Assembly: GCA_027366035.1 (NCBI GenBank)
Contig: DAHXLK010000023.1
Coordinates: 1-55,434, forward strand
From: Chlamydiota bacterium
GTDB lineage: Bacteria; Chlamydiota; Chlamydiia; Chlamydiales; SM23-39
Direction: 5' to 3'
Length of the DNA stretch: 55,434 bases
Under the pieces are notes generated by a model. That model was not told the DNA's origin, made no database searches, and saw only the letters and a list, made by a program, of their open reading frames with translations. Shown here one piece after another: positions 54,786 through 55,434 of this stretch. Position 1 is the first letter of the stretch. Each line of letters opens with the position of its first letter. The translations under genes and the position numbers were made by a program.

Positions 54786-55429
54786 ATCGCTTTTTTACCG
54801 AAGAGCTCTTAGAAAAGGGAAAGACTATTACCCTGGCCGCTCAGGAAGAAAAACATCTGAAAGTGCTACGAGTATCTTTCAAAGATGAGATAGAAATCGT
54901 AAATGGTAAAGGAGAACTGGGTTTAGGCCGGCTCACAAAAAAATTTCAAATCACTATCCATGAAGTAATAAAAGAAAAACCTACAAACCGCCAACATATT
55001 TTAGCAATGAGCTTGATCCGTAAATTAGACCTCGTCATCGAAAAAACAGTGGAACTTGGGGTCGATGCCTTGTATCTCTTTCCTGCAATAGAGTCGGAGA
55101 AAAAAGGGCTATCTGAAAATGTAAAAATGAGACTGCAAACCATAGCTATCTCAGCTATGAAACAGTGTGGAAGACTCTGGCTCCCCCCTATCGAATTATT
55201 TTCCTCCCTTCAAACGGTCCCACTTTCAGCAACTGTTCTTTTTGGAGACCCTACCGGAGAACCTTTTCGTCCGGTTTCTAATGATTCGATACTATTTATT
55301 GGCCCTGAAAAAGGCTTCACGGAACAAGAACTACACTATCTACAAAACAAGGGAAAAGGGGTAAGATTGCATCCAAATATTCTAAGAGCCGAAACAGCTG
55401 CTATTGCAGCTGTCTGCCTGCAAGCTTAG
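54776..55429 (+). CDS. rsmE: 16S rRNA m3U1498 methyltransferase
   Basis: HLKVLR, EKTVELG, AMKQCGR, IGPEKGF and ILRAETA motifs. Confidence 0.94.
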   Translation: MPINRFFTEELLEKGKTITLAAQEEKHLKVLRVSFKDEIEIVNGKGELGLGRLTKKFQITIHEVIKEKPTNRQHILAMSLIRKLDLVIEKTVELGVDALYLFPAIESEKKGLSENVKMRLQTIAISAMKQCGRLWLPPIELFSSLQTVPLSATVLFGDPTGEPFRPVSNDSILFIGPEKGFTEQELHYLQNKGKGVRLHPNILRAETAAIAAVCLQA

Positions 55430-55434
55430 AGAAG

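Overview
A gene-dense bacterial chromosome segment. Gene content and order (pcnB-lpxB, rpmF-plsX-rne-plant-type GPAT-ptr, prfB-GNATs-yebC, ftsH-tilS, rpmG-LolC/E-LolD, MOMP-like porins, F-box/LRR proteins) point to an environmental member of the Chlamydiota; this placement is an inference. About 50 mostly housekeeping CDSs are present. rpmF, rpmG and the frameshifted 5' end of prfB are missing from the ORF track. I saw no rRNA, tRNA or CRISPR array. The main unexplained structure is a ~165-bp element that is an imperfect palindrome over its whole length, present in 9 copies (6 full-length, 3 partial). It has 16-bp terminal inverted repeats (GGGACTGTTGAAATCT) and 5-bp target-site duplications, and one reading frame is often open, which recalls Rickettsia palindromic elements and MITEs. 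One copy truncates an LRR gene; others abut or supply stop codons. Most copies cluster around two accessory islands (28.2-31.6 kb and 35.1-39.5 kb). These islands encode candidate host-directed effectors: an LRR protein with a U-box-like motif, an F-box-LRR protein, a RanGAP/NLRC-type LRR, Inc-like proteins, and a start-less Cys/Pro-rich membrane-protein frame between two element copies. Two different IS5-family elements each sit directly beside the same orphan IS-end-like motif. A type III polyketide synthase overlaps the ftsH stop codon.
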